The notes under the pieces: generated by a model
Told to the model about the DNA's origin: nothing
Seen by the model: the letters and a program-made list of their open reading frames with translations, nothing else
Databases searched by the model: none
Position numbers and translations under genes: made by a program
Part shown: piece by piece, positions 1-11,900 of the stretch
Position numbering within the stretch: position 1 is the stretch's first letter
How the letters are laid out: every line of letters begins with the position of its first letter
Source: Catajapyx aquilonaris
Taxonomy: Eukaryota
NCBI GenBank assembly: GCA_000934665.2
Contig: KZ538356.1
Location: 62,001-126,000 of the forward strand
Direction of reading: 5' to 3'
DNA length: 64,000 nt

Positions 1-1338
1 GCATTGAACTTGGTAGTGCTTGGCTGCGGTCAATGTTTGGCGGAAGCGCCTTCGGGGAGAGGATGAAGTGAGTGTGCCGCGGTCGGAGGGGGGGGGAGAG
101 GCGGGGATGNGAAAGAGCCGGGGGTTGGGGGAGGGAGGGGAGGGAGGATGAGAGTTAAGCCGCCCGCCTGCCAAGCTATACGTAGCTCAGGTCTGGTCGG
201 GGTCGAGAGAGAGGAAAGTGAGGCAGTCGGCCAATCCGCACTTTCGCGACCCAAAAACCTCGAAAGCACCCTGGAGAGACAAAAAGAGGGGGGCGAATTG
301 CGTAATGGTTTTACAAATAGCGTGACCTGCCCTCCCACCATCACAGCTGGCACGCGACCTTGCTTCATCCCGTGCGCTAACGTTGTCAACAACCCCTGTC
401 TGATGGGACGATTTCCACCCCCCTCTCTTTTCAGAGGAGTGGCAGCCACGAGTGCAAGGTCAACCCGGGGCAGTTTTGTCACTGTTGACCCCCCAACAAC
501 CATACCCCTTTGTCTTCCAGGACAGGGTCAAACAGGCGGGTTCTCATTAGGGCGGATACCCGATACGGCGCTGTTTGAGTGACTTCTGTCATGTCGCTTT
601 GTACCGTTCAGGCTGACTCAAACCATGACATTTATCTACAGGCTGTCCAGGAAAAGGGATTTCTGGGGGGTTTGCAAATGGAACCCGAAATATCCACGTG
701 GAAAATTTTTCCCACCTGGCACCGGTACAGTACACTGAAGGGCGGTTCATCCTGGCCTAGACGGCCTCCCGTAAGCATTTCCTGTGCACAGGGCAGCCTG
801 ACTGCAGGGGCACAGACTAGCAGGACAAAAATTCCTGATTTTGATGAATGCTCTTCCCAGGTTTGGAAATGAAGAGGCTGTTTGTTGTGGGAGAGGTAGT
901 TGAAAGAGAAGCTCAGACAGAAGGTAGTAATTGATGAGGCAGCGACAAAGAGGCAGCTGCAGCTCAGTTCAATCCCGGGGAAAACAATTTGAGCAATTCA
1001 TCCATTGCACAGGCCTCAAAATGGCGGTGCCAACATCAACCCAAGCCGGCTTATTCCTACCACCACACCCAAAGGTAGGGTGGTGGTGGGGGAATCCTCG
1101 TTCAGCCGCACATCAATTACTCTGACAAATGCAACAACACAAGGCGTCGTCGGAAAGCGGCAATGGCTTCATTCCAAGCGATTGCTTCCCCACCTGGGAA
1201 GACAATCCGCCTCGCCTTATTATTAGTATTATTGTTATAATAATAATAAAGGCCATCTGTAGTGTGGGGATGGCGCCAGCTATGGCTGGTTTTAGAAATC
1301 TACCGCGGGGAAGTGATTAATAGCGCTTTTCGTGCTCG

Positions 1339-1340
<2 letters not shown>

Positions 1341-1388
<48 letters not shown>
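1341..1388. repeat. (AG)24 microsatellite in a TOX intron
   Basis: Perfect dinucleotide run. Confidence 0.95.
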
Positions 1389-1391
<3 letters not shown>

Positions 1392-1995
1392 GCCGACGAC
1401 GCCGGCCTCGGCATGAAAGCCAAAAGTGCCCGCAATGCAAACAGGCCATGAATCTCACATTGTGCTCCTTTATGAAGTTGCGGTCGAACATCGTCAAATT
1501 CAAACCCCCCTCATTCCCTCCCTCCTCCCAAAACCTCATTCCCTCACTCTTCGAGATTAATTCAATAACTTAGCAACACCATTGTACTTTGGTATTCATA
1601 ATTAATTCCATTATTAAACTCCATTTAGAGGCGCCTTCACACTAGGCGCGAGCTCACCGAGGCGCAAATTAGGTTTTTCTTGGCGGTTTCAAAGGGATCG
1701 ATCGCTTCATCATCCTTCCTCTTCTCTTGCTTTTGTCCTGGGTCGCCACCACCCAACTTGCTTGACTTTGGCCCACGATCCAATCTAAACCCCCCTCTCT
1801 ACCCTAGACCTACCCCACCTCCCCCCCTACCAACTCTGCTTGCTCTACTCACACTATCTTGTCACCGCCGAGAAGATTTACTCGAGTGGCATCGCGGATA
1901 TACGACTGGAGCAAGAGACCTCTTTACTGCTATGCAACGCCCCGAAATAATTGCGTCTGGGTTGCTTTGGGGAGTGGATTATGTGGGCTACTCAC

Positions 1996-2131
1996 GTTCT
2001 TGTGCTCGGCGTCCAGGGCGTCCCACATGGAAGCTACGATCTTGGACACCTCCCCGAAGCTGGCGTTGGGGTTCTGACCCTTGATGGCCGCCTGGGTGTC
2101 CCGGAAGAAGAGGGCGTACGCCGACACGGGC
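1996..2131 (-). CDS. TOX: TOX exon: HMG box helices 1-2, (K)[45 protein letters not shown]
   Basis: Near-identical to the TOX-family HMG box. Acceptor ttgttccag|G, donor AAC|gtgagt. 136 nt, phase 2 in and phase 0 out. Confidence 0.97.
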
Positions 2132-3263
2132 CTGGAACAACAACGGATGGAGAGAGGGGGGTCAATCAATCAGTTGGGGTGATCAATCAGCGGTTCATTA
2201 TCGCCCGACACTCGTTTAGTCAAATGTGTCACCGTCATGGAGAAGGGCGAGGGTTGGGCTGAAATCTGCCAGGAGAATGGGGCGATTTTTGTGTGTGTTT
2301 GGAGTGTTCACACGGGAGTAGTTGCGGCTGATTGGTGCAACCACAACGACCTAATAGAACTATCAAGCAAATGGGGGTGTGCACTACACACTTTGCTCAA
2401 TATACGAAAAAAAAATCTGCGATGGCCACTACCCCAGAAGAAAAGTGCCACTCAGGCATGATGAATAAAAGTAGTGCTGAGCCTTATCCTGTCTGACAGA
2501 ATTTCTTCGCCCCGAGCCATATAAATGGGACAAATGGAGTGAGTGTCCCCCTTACTGTATTTCTCTTCCGCTACAAGAGAAACAATTCAATTTTTAGACG
2601 AGTTATTTCAAACAATTGGACAGGGCCACTCTGATGGATGTAGCAAACAATGGAGGCAGACAGCTCAAGAATCAAATTATCCATGTTTTTCTTCCAGGAC
2701 AGATGGATCCCCGGAAGAGGGGGGAATGGGGTGGGGTGGGGGGGGGAGTCAGGGAAGAGGGAGGTGGAGGGGGGAATGGATCAATGAAAGCTGGAACAGG
2801 CAGAGAAAGCTAGAAAGCAGCAGCAGCAGCAGCAGAACAGCATTTGAATTGAGCCCAAGTCTCAGAAGATAGTCTCCTTGTAAATATGATCCTCTTGGGG
2901 GTTGGAAGAGGAGGGAGGAGAAGAGGGGGTGGAGGGGGTTGGAGAGAGAAAGAAAGGGAATTGGAAATTCATGTCTGCAGGCAGGATATTGGAGGCGATG
3001 GGCAGAGAGGAATAATTGAGGAGAAGAGGGTCTGATAAATGCGAATGCGGGAGGAAGAGACGTCGGCGCCAATCCAGACTCTCTCACGCTTCTCCTCATT
3101 GCTCCTGACAGACAACCCCACTCACTCTATACACACACACCTCACTTCGCTCCTCACAAAAAAAATTGGCCTCCATATGTGTATTTCATAACCAACACTT
3201 CCTGCAGACATCTGAACTCCCTTCCCCTTGAGATTTGGAGAGTGCAGATTAGCCAAAACTCAC

Positions 3264-3385
3264 TTTTGTGGCTCGTTGGGGTCCCGCTTCTTCTTTTTCT
3301 TCTGGATCTTGGGCTTCTTTCCTGGCACCTTGGGGCCCTGAAGAGCGTCCACTGGCTCAGGGGAAGGCCGCTTCACTCCAGCCAT
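3264..3385 (-). CDS. TOX: TOX exon: NLS and HMG-box entry, MAGVKRPSPEPVDALQGPKVPGKKPKIQKKKKKRDPNEPQ(K)
   Basis: Hand translation of the minus strand (absent from the ORF track). Acceptor ttttgtaacag|ATG, donor AA|gtgagt. 122 nt, phase 0 to 2. AA+G forms the Lys of PQKPVSAY. Confidence 0.96.
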
Positions 3386-6300
3386 CTGTTACAAAAGTAG
3401 CCAGAAATAGTACAATTTTAGTAGAGAACTTGACATAGGTAGGACACGCAGCTAATTGGAGGTACACATGTGTGCATGAGAAGTACAGATCATGCACAAC
3501 AGTTACGGCGCAACTGCAAGGTTATCAGCGATCGGTCATTAGCTTAAGTGGGTGTCCTGCTGGCAATTTTATCTTGTGAAAACTTTGGGGGGACAAAACC
3601 CAACACTTGGGCTTCGAAAAAAAAAATGTCCCAGGCGTAACTTAGATAGGGGATAGCAGCACAACGGCAGTGTAAATATCGGAGGTAATAAAATCCCTTA
3701 TGTGGGCAAGGCTTCGTTTGTGCGTGGGCCACATTTGAAAAGCGCAGACGACGAGGACAAAAGGAGACCCAGGGAATAAATTCTGTCTCCTGATGGGTCC
3801 AATATCCGGGGCCCTCTATCCGGAGCGGACGTCATCGCTCATGTGGATGTACCTCTCACACTCTTGCACTGCACACACTCTTGTGGACCTATTCCCCGAA
3901 TGTGAGCGAGAGCATACGACTTCAAAAGAAAAATATCCATCTTGCTCAGTTTTTGGCCTTGTCACTCGAGTGAAATATCAACACCGCCATAATCGCATTC
4001 TATGACAACACTGCATACATTGACCCAACAATTATGGGTAAATAATGCTATTTTAGTTGCGACGGTCATTCATATACTGTATGCTGAATGAAACACCCGA
4101 AGCATTTCATGCACTGACTCGCATATTTTTGTGCAATATGTGTATAATAACACCGAGTACAGTGCCAACAACACGCTATATTTTAATTTAGGTGCAAAAT
4201 ATTTATCTGCAATAGGTACAATGCCTTGCTGGAAACACAATTCAGCCCAAGTATCAAAACAACACCTATACGCAACAAAAGTCTAAAAATACTGATATAC
4301 TGAACATTTTAATCACAAATGAGCGGTCACAACGTGGCCTAACCCGGATACCTGCCATATTTCACAGCCTGAAAAATTCGTACTGAAACAACGTTGGTCA
4401 ACATCCCGGGTCCAGCCCAACATATGCTGCACCTGCTCTAGTTGTCCTCAAGCTATCACATTTGAATGGCCCCAATAACTAATTTTTCGCTGGCCTGCAC
4501 CCGATTCCGCCCTATGAACTGTGGGCAGGAATCTCCATTAGTAGCGAGGCCGGGGCCGCATATTATTTTTGAATCTCTGGGCTGTTTAGGCTGCATTTGG
4601 CGAGTGTTTGCTTTGCGCACAATGTACACTGTCTTGTGTTTTATCGCAGTTGGGGAGGTTAGCATAGGCAGGGGCATTCATTCCGCTCGGCTGAATCCTC
4701 TCTGGAAATGACTCGGATCATATTCATTCTGCAGAGGAGGAGAAGGAAGGAAAGGAAAATACGGAGAAAAAGGAAAAGAATCGAGCGGCCATTAAAAGCA
4801 TAGGCAACGAGCCTTCCGCCCCTTTATTTCCTCCACTAATACTGGCCATTCCTCTCCTCATGCCAAACGCACACTTCTTTTCCTCCGCATTGGATTTATG
4901 TCCCTTCACGTATGGCCAGAGCGCAAAATGACTCCATCGCTGGATAGCTGCGCGTAATGTAAGGAACCCAGCCATAAAAGCACGTTAGGTCTATGCAAAT
5001 GCGGTGCGCCATAAATTATATTCACCTCGCCCAAATCGGGTTGCTCCGCCAGGGAGTAAATAATACCCAACAGCGTGTACCCTCAAACTTGATCAAATGT
5101 GACGGCATGTTTATGTGACCAAAAGTGATCCTGCTTAATTTGTACGGTACACTAGCCTAGACTCATGGTTGAAGTGCACGCGATGTCATCCCTGCTCCTT
5201 CTGACATTGTTTCTCCAGCTCATTACCATCAATGATAAAAATGTGCATATAAAACTGGAGCCAAATGAGCTGCGTGCTGGGTCTGAGGAAAGCTGCCAGA
5301 TGACGAACGCGAAGGAATAGGGAGAAAGAAGGCTACGGTGTGAGAAGACAAGTTACGACTCCATAAAATGGTCATGGAAAGAGGACGTAACGTGTCCGGC
5401 TTTTGGGGCAGATCGAAGGGGGCATAAAGACACGCATTTGACCTCCAATTACGAGGGTCCGAACGACTCTCGCCTTGTCCTACACTCTCATTTACTTCCC
5501 AAGACTACTAAATATTCAATGGCCAGCCAACCCCCTCTAACCCTCCCGATTACTTAATTACAACCACGCGATTTATCTGGACCTTCTCTTTATATATACT
5601 CTGACCTTTACATGGCAGTGATCATTTTAAAACTGGATCTGGATGTCGAATTAACGGCACGGAAATGTGCTTCATAAGATAAATATTATGGCCTCGACAC
5701 TCCTAAATTTTTGTGCTTCTTCCTGCACGCACATGTCTATTTATGAGTGAAAAGTTCAGGTTTATTTAAAAAATTGCTACCTTCTACAGTACAAAAAATT
5801 TCCTGCCGTTTACTGCAGGAAATAAGAACGCGCTGTATTGTTGTCAGATAACCATTGAAGGGGAAAAGTTTTCCAATATTAAAGAAGCACTTGCTCTGCC
5901 TGTGGGTGCTACTATTTCATATTATCGTCTCGTACTTTACAGGAAGTCCCGTCTCAACATATCCGTAATCTGGCTGTAAAGTGACCCCGCTCTCGCAGAA
6001 ATCTCCCCACAAAAGCTACAGAGATCACTGCTAAATCCTACGAACTCGCCCGGCACTATGCAATCCTATTCCCTTGCAACGGAAGCCACTTTGCTCCACC
6101 AATCGCCTTCGACGTCATCCATCCAAGATGGCTTCTGTTGCCAGCAATGAAATCGCACCCCTGTGAAAGCACCTGGGACCTATAAAATGCTGGGTTGAAG
6201 ACGCATACATCCAGCAGGCCAGCACAATAAAACCGATGTCCTATCCGTATCTGTTAACCATGGGAAAATCGGCCGGATTGAGCTCGCTGTGTGGACGGTC

Positions 6301-6418
6301 GAACATCGATTTAGGGGTTGGCAGTTGGCACCTGAAAAGCAGGCATCCAGCGGTGTGATCGTCTTTTCGGCCTCGGGATGATCAACAAGTGTCCGCTCAC
6401 TCGCCCCTCGCTTTTCTT

Positions 6419-6442
6419 GCTCTCTCTCTCTCTCTCTCTCTC
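6419..6442. repeat. (TC)n microsatellite
   Basis: Perfect dinucleotide run. Confidence 0.9.
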
Positions 6443-7289
6443 CTACTCTTCAAGCGCCCCTGGGCCAGCCCCCCCTCTCGTGGAAATCAATGGGCTTAGG
6501 CAATCAGCTAATCAGCCCCCCCCGCGGGCCCTCCCTCAGCATGCAAATTCCGGGGCAGTACACGATTCTGGTGTGGTACCGGGGGTGTACGGAGATAAAT
6601 CCGGCTCTTGCAGCCATCTTACTCCCAGGCACGGTCGATTACAACTTGTCCGCTTCCCAGCAATTAATCAACCAATTGCGGTTCCAACCCGTCCAAGTTA
6701 CACATTTTAGACCTCTTCGGCTCGCCGTAAAATCGGGCGCGGGTAAAACTGCGTCGCCTTAAGATTGCTCGCGGGCCTGATTGGCACTCGGGGTAATTGC
6801 CGCGACCGACGTAAACACGTGCACGCGTCGCACATCCAGGCAGCGGCATCACACGAGTTTACTTACAGCACATGCAGTGTAATGTGGCGCGCTGTGCATC
6901 TGGGCAGAGCTTATCAGGCGCCTAATGCACTCGCATGTATGTTTGATGGGAGGCGCCCAGAAGCCCATTTGTCCTATTAGCCCACTCTCCCCTACCCCTT
7001 GCACCCTATACCCCCCCCCCCCCCCCTCACCCCTCTAATGGATTTGCAGCTTTCTCCGATTCAAACTGCATATCTCCCCTCGGATTATGTATCCGCATAC
7101 ACCCGCATAATTATTAGGTTCATGTCCGGCCAGCAGTTAAACCAATATGTGGTACTTACGGGGGAGGTTAATTTTGTATCAGTAGGGAGTGTGTGTAACT
7201 AACATTTAGTTGGAAAAACGCAGTTTGCGGTGGGGGTAGCAATCAAGAATATGCAAGTGGGTGTAATGTAAATAATAGAGGTGTCTGAC

Positions 7290-7599
7290 CTGGGTGAGAG
7301 GCGTGGAGTCATCGCTGTCGTCGCTGGTGGTCTCATGGCACGGCGAGCCCGAGTTGGGCACCGGGGGCGAGCTGCCCTGTGGCTGCGGGTAAGGTCCCAA
7401 GGGCCGCCCCATTATCATCTGCTGCGAGGGATTAGAAGCGCTTCCAGGGGATCCGCCTCCCCCGTTACCTCCTCCGCCTCCTCCTCCACCGCCGCCTCCC
7501 CCTCCGTTGCTGCCTCCTCCGCCTCCACTCTGGCCCAGCAGCAGGAGTGACCCCTGACCCGGCGAAGTGTACGTGGCGTCTCTCACATAAGTAGGCGAA
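7290..7599 (-). CDS. TOX: TOX exon: Gly/Ser/Pro-rich linker, (N)SPTYVRDATYTSPGQGSLLLLGQSGGGG...SPCHETTSDDSDDSTPLTQ
   Basis: Acceptor tcattgcag|T, donor CAG|gtcaga. 310 nt, phase 2 to 0, compatible with both neighbours. Contains poly-Gly and an acidic Ser/Asp patch. Confidence 0.88.
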
Positions 7600-7700
7600 C
7601 TGCAATGACAACATGATTGCTCTCTCTGTTGCTCCGTTGCTAAAGATGCAACAATCATGGGTTGTTGCTTCCAGTATATTATGTCGGGCAAACTACTCAC

Positions 7701-7834
7701 TTGACTGCCATGGCCAGGTTCTGCTCGGAGATGGGAGGCAGGTACATGGGGCTCATGGAGTAGTGCTGCTGCTGGCCCATGCTGCCGTCGCTCATGGACA
7801 CGTTCTCCGTCGCCTGATTGCAGTTCATGGTCAT
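7701..7834 (-). CDS. TOX: TOX exon: MTMNCNQATENVSMSDGSMGQQQHYSMSPMYLPPISEQNLAMAV(N)
   Basis: Acceptor tttctcttcag|ATG, donor AA|gtgagt. 134 nt, phase 0 to 2, with GC-rich third positions in this frame. Flanking introns are 74 and 101 nt. Confidence 0.88.
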
Positions 7835-7908
7835 CTGAAGAGAAACACATGTATACAATCAGATCAGTGAAATGCTCCAGCTCAGATTGTTGTGTATTAA
7901 ATACCAAC

Positions 7909-8070
7909 CGTTTGGTGCTGGTAGCCCTGGTGGGCCTGGTGGGCCTGGTGGGCCTGGTGGGCCTGATGAGCCTGGTGGGCCAGATTGGCATTGGAGCTGT
8001 CACCGGCAGACGCCAGGTTGATTGGGGGTATGTCGAACTCTTCGTCCCCAAAACTCGGGATGTGAAACGT
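7909..8070 (-). CDS. TOX: TOX exon: conserved N-terminal motif TFHIPSFGDEEFDIPPINL plus (AHQ)6 repeat
   Basis: Matches the TOX motif TFHTPS[LF]GDEEF[ED]IPPI. Acceptor ctctttttctgcacag|ACG, donor ACG|gttggt. 162 nt, phase 0 to 0. Confidence 0.95.
7927..7980 (-). repeat. Coding 9-bp tandem repeat (GCCCACCAG)x6 encoding (AHQ)6
   Basis: The plus strand reads ctggtgggc x4, ctgatgagc, ctggtgggc. Confidence 0.95.
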
Positions 8071-8938
8071 CTGTGCAGAAAAAGAGAGCAATGTAGAACA
8101 GTACATACACAGCTTTCAGTACAACTTTACTACCAACCTACACAGTCGGCCCAAATAAATACATTGCTATGGTCCACTTTGGACTCCCTTTTATTGCTTA
8201 AATAAGGCCTGGGATGGAAACAATAAAGGATGAATGACACGCAGCTTTTTTAATAGCCCCCAGTTAATGCTTGCCCCGTAAAAGTTTCCCGGATAACTTA
8301 GCCGCCTTTCAACCACTCTGTACCAGTCGTCTTACCAATAATTGCCAACATTCATTTCTTCCATCATACTGATCAACGCTGGAGGCAACATCTGAAGGAC
8401 GATATTCCAAACATATGGCCCGAGTATATGGAAGTAAAATCTGATAGGTGATAGGGTGCAGGTTAGGGGCATATACCGGAGAGGGGGGTGGGGGGTGAGG
8501 GTCCAAAATGGGCAATTCGGCGCCCCAAAAGCCGCCGTCAGCGCCGCCCAACAACAAAGTCATTGCCAACTATCAGGCGGCCTATTTTACGCTCATTGCC
8601 AGACATTCCCCAGCCTGTTCATTTCTTTTAGAAGCTTTCCGGCGCAGTTTATACGTGCCATTAGTATCGCAGTTCCAATCCCTCAACCCGCAGAGGAAAC
8701 TGGCTGCTTAATCTTGCTCACTAATTCGCCACATGCAATGAACGATTTATACCAACACATAAAAACGGGCCCGGCAATATCTCCTCGCAAATAGCTACAC
8801 AAATCTGACAAAAGCGCGTTGTAAACGGCCCGGGAGAGATTCTTTCCCCTGCTCTTTTTTTCCCCCCCTCTCCCGGAGCCCCGGATCTATCCAATGGCAG
8901 CAGCCGAGGTCCCCAGAAGGAGGTGGAGAAAAAAGCTA

Positions 8939-8980
8939 GGGGGGAGGGGGGGGGGGGGNNNGGGGGGGGGGGGGGGGGGG
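8939..8980. repeat. Poly-G tract with unresolved bases (nnn)
   Basis: About 40 nt, nearly pure G. The length is unreliable. Confidence 0.9.
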
Positions 8981-11900
8981 AGAAAAGAGCAAAGGAAAGG
9001 CGCCTTCGGGGAGTCCCCGTAATAGGCGCAGTTAACAAGCTATTGGACGGGGACTGGCGGCCTCCGAGGGGACATGTCTCCACCAAACTCGTGCTTTTTC
9101 ACCCTCTACTCTTCTTGTTCTAACACGGTGTCAACACACATGTCAGTCTGCCAAGTGGCAGATTTACTGCGGGTGTCCCAGGCAACTAAGGACATAAACA
9201 CCCTGGAGAGAACAGCGGGCATACATCCAAAAGAAATCGGACTAATAAACGTTCCAGCCCAATCCAAGAATCGAACTCAGAACTTTCCTGGAGAAAATCA
9301 TGGATTTTATCACCGCACAGGGGGAGACCAGTAACCCGATTTGAAGCAGGAAATCTGGTCAGATTTTGGCCCAAAGTGTTTGCGAACCGGGCGTCCAAAT
9401 CGAGTGGGCTTCTCTCTCTCTCTGTCTATATCCCATTGCCGGTCGGGTCTGCAAATATTGTGCCGGGCACAGTCTACGCTGCAAGTTCTGGCGCATTCCA
9501 TGCGAGGCTATCAAATAATTCCTTGACATAAGCCGCATTCTGCTAACAAGTAAACAAACTGAGCTATTCGTGCCATCTACTTAGCTTTTCAACATGTCTG
9601 GTTTTATTGCGTTCATACATCGCTTGAGTAAGTAGTGGGTAAACAGTAACACACGCCCGGTTTAGCAGTCCGGATATATATTCATGTCAAACCAAAGGGG
9701 TTGACTGCATGCGTGCATTTTGTAAGCGAGGATCAACCACCAATTTGGACCTATACGGTGTGCACTGTAAGTAACTTAAAAATTTATGACTTCTTCCAGT
9801 TTTCCATTTTAAACTGACTTGTCAGATTTTGGCCTTAAACCTGTTGTTAGCAGTATTTTTCTCTGGTAAGCGAGGACCTTCTATAATATTAAAATCCTGT
9901 GTTGTATGACCGAGGCTTCCGATTGGCCCCCGTTCTGCGCCTAGGCAATGGGGCAGGCAGCGCCTCTGGTGGATGAACTATGTTTGTTATATTAGAATGG
10001 CGCTTGAATATTTTCGTCGGCTGCTCTCATATTGCTGGTGAGGTCAGTTACAGCTCAAAATACCTGCCACACGGCGCCATATGAGACGTTGCAATATTCC
10101 GGATAATCCAGGCGTTTCTCAAGAAGGCAAGGTGAGCACCTAAGGAATGAAGACAAGCCCCCAGTATTTCGCGAGAATGAAACTACTACTGTGTTTCATA
10201 CGGAAGAAAACAGTTTTTCCCTCGGCAAGGAGCATAAGAGTTTTGAGGAAAACGAGCCGGTAGAAAATCTCATTTGGCGACGGAAAGCCCTTCACTGACG
10301 TCACGCCCTGCTCCTTCCCCCTCTCCTACCTCCTCCTCCCCGCAACCGAACCCTTAAACACTGACGGGGGACCCATTCCACTTGAAACATGGCTCGCTCT
10401 ATGATATTGAAATCGATAACACGATTTTGATGTTTTCCTACGTCTTCACCCTAATAGGTTCCAGGCACTAACATAAATCAGGCGCAACAATCCCCCGCCT
10501 CCTTTTTTTCTCTCTCTCTCCTCCCCTTCTCCACCCACCCTCTCTCTTTTTCTCCATCCTCACTTCTTCCTTTCCCTCTCTCTTTTTTTCCTCTCTCTCT
10601 GTCAGGTAATAACCCGCGGGCCCGTAAAAGGGACTCAAAGGACCCGGGATTTTATCTGGATTACCCCCACACACTTTTTCCTAATAACATTCCCACAAGC
10701 TGCCAAAGGGAGAGAAGAGGGAGGGAGAGAGAAAAAAAAAATCCCTCCTGCTAATTACACCCCGGAGAAATCTTTAATGTGTCGCTTTGCCACGTCTCGA
10801 AGCGTCAACAGATAACCTTCCTAGGAAACAAAATTGAGATTCTCCGTCTCTCATTGGAAGAAGAAATTTGCTCTCAGGGACGACATAACGTCACATAATA
10901 TACGTCAGTATTACGTTGAATGGGAAAATACGATTGGATGTTTCTTGTGCTCGAAAAGTTGGCAAATGGTTCATACATGAGAGAGTAAGCCATTTAAAAA
11001 AAAAAAAAATCTGGACGTTGCATAAGCGGATTTTCTTTGCCAAAAGCCAGACAGTGCAACATTTTTTTCCCCCTATAAAAAACCGTTGACACGTGCCAGA
11101 TATATCATTACTCCGCAGCTCGCGACATATGGCCTGAAGTCTCGAGTTGGTTTCCAGGTCATTCGCCAGCAAACAAATCAACAAATCCCACCGCAGACAT
11201 GGGTGCTGGCCGCTTGTTTGCCAAATTCCAGGTTGGACCCAAAAGGCAAGCGGTGCCACGTCAAGGAGGCGGTAAGCATGAAACATGCACGGGGACGAAT
11301 TTATCCATCAAACTGTACGAAGCGGAGATTGTCAGACCAAATTGATGGTCATCTGGTCGCGGAGCCAGGGAAAGGGTTGACCCTATACGTCACTCTCTTC
11401 GTGCCCAGCAATTTAGTGGCAAAGGTCATGTCCGGAAACCGCTTCATTGCTCTACCCGTAGGCCTGACATGTCGGAAAATAGTTGGTCCGGTATATGTCT
11501 CAGTGCTGTTCAATCGTCAACCCAAAGTCAATGCACCATGTACATACTACAAATAATGACCTGTTCGTGAAACTATATAGAACCTGCTCTTTTCAGGTCT
11601 CAGTCCTTGTTGGACGAAAAATTATTAATATTTTCATCCAGCCATATTCACCTGCAGTGATTCGTGTTTCTATTTATACACGCTTGCTGTAATGAAGAAT
11701 CCTAAATTTCTTCCTCTTGAACTGGCCACTTGGTCAGCGCAATTTTACAGTACAAACGAGCAACTTGGAAGAAACTGCTTGAGAAAAGTCAAGTGCTAAC
11801 CTCACAAATCCTTCCAACTAAAGACAAAAGCACCCCACTTCCACCACTACCACCCTCCCCTTCCAGCAGCCGGCAGCAACATCAGCCACGAGGAAGATTT

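Noticed and set aside
1625..1650. gaggcgccttcacactag, a Harbinger-like TIR start
   Set aside because: No matching opposite end or TSD found.
7849..8205. Plus-strand ORF with a hydrophobic (LVG)n repeat resembling a membrane protein
   Set aside because: It is the antisense reading of the TOX (AHQ)6 repeat.
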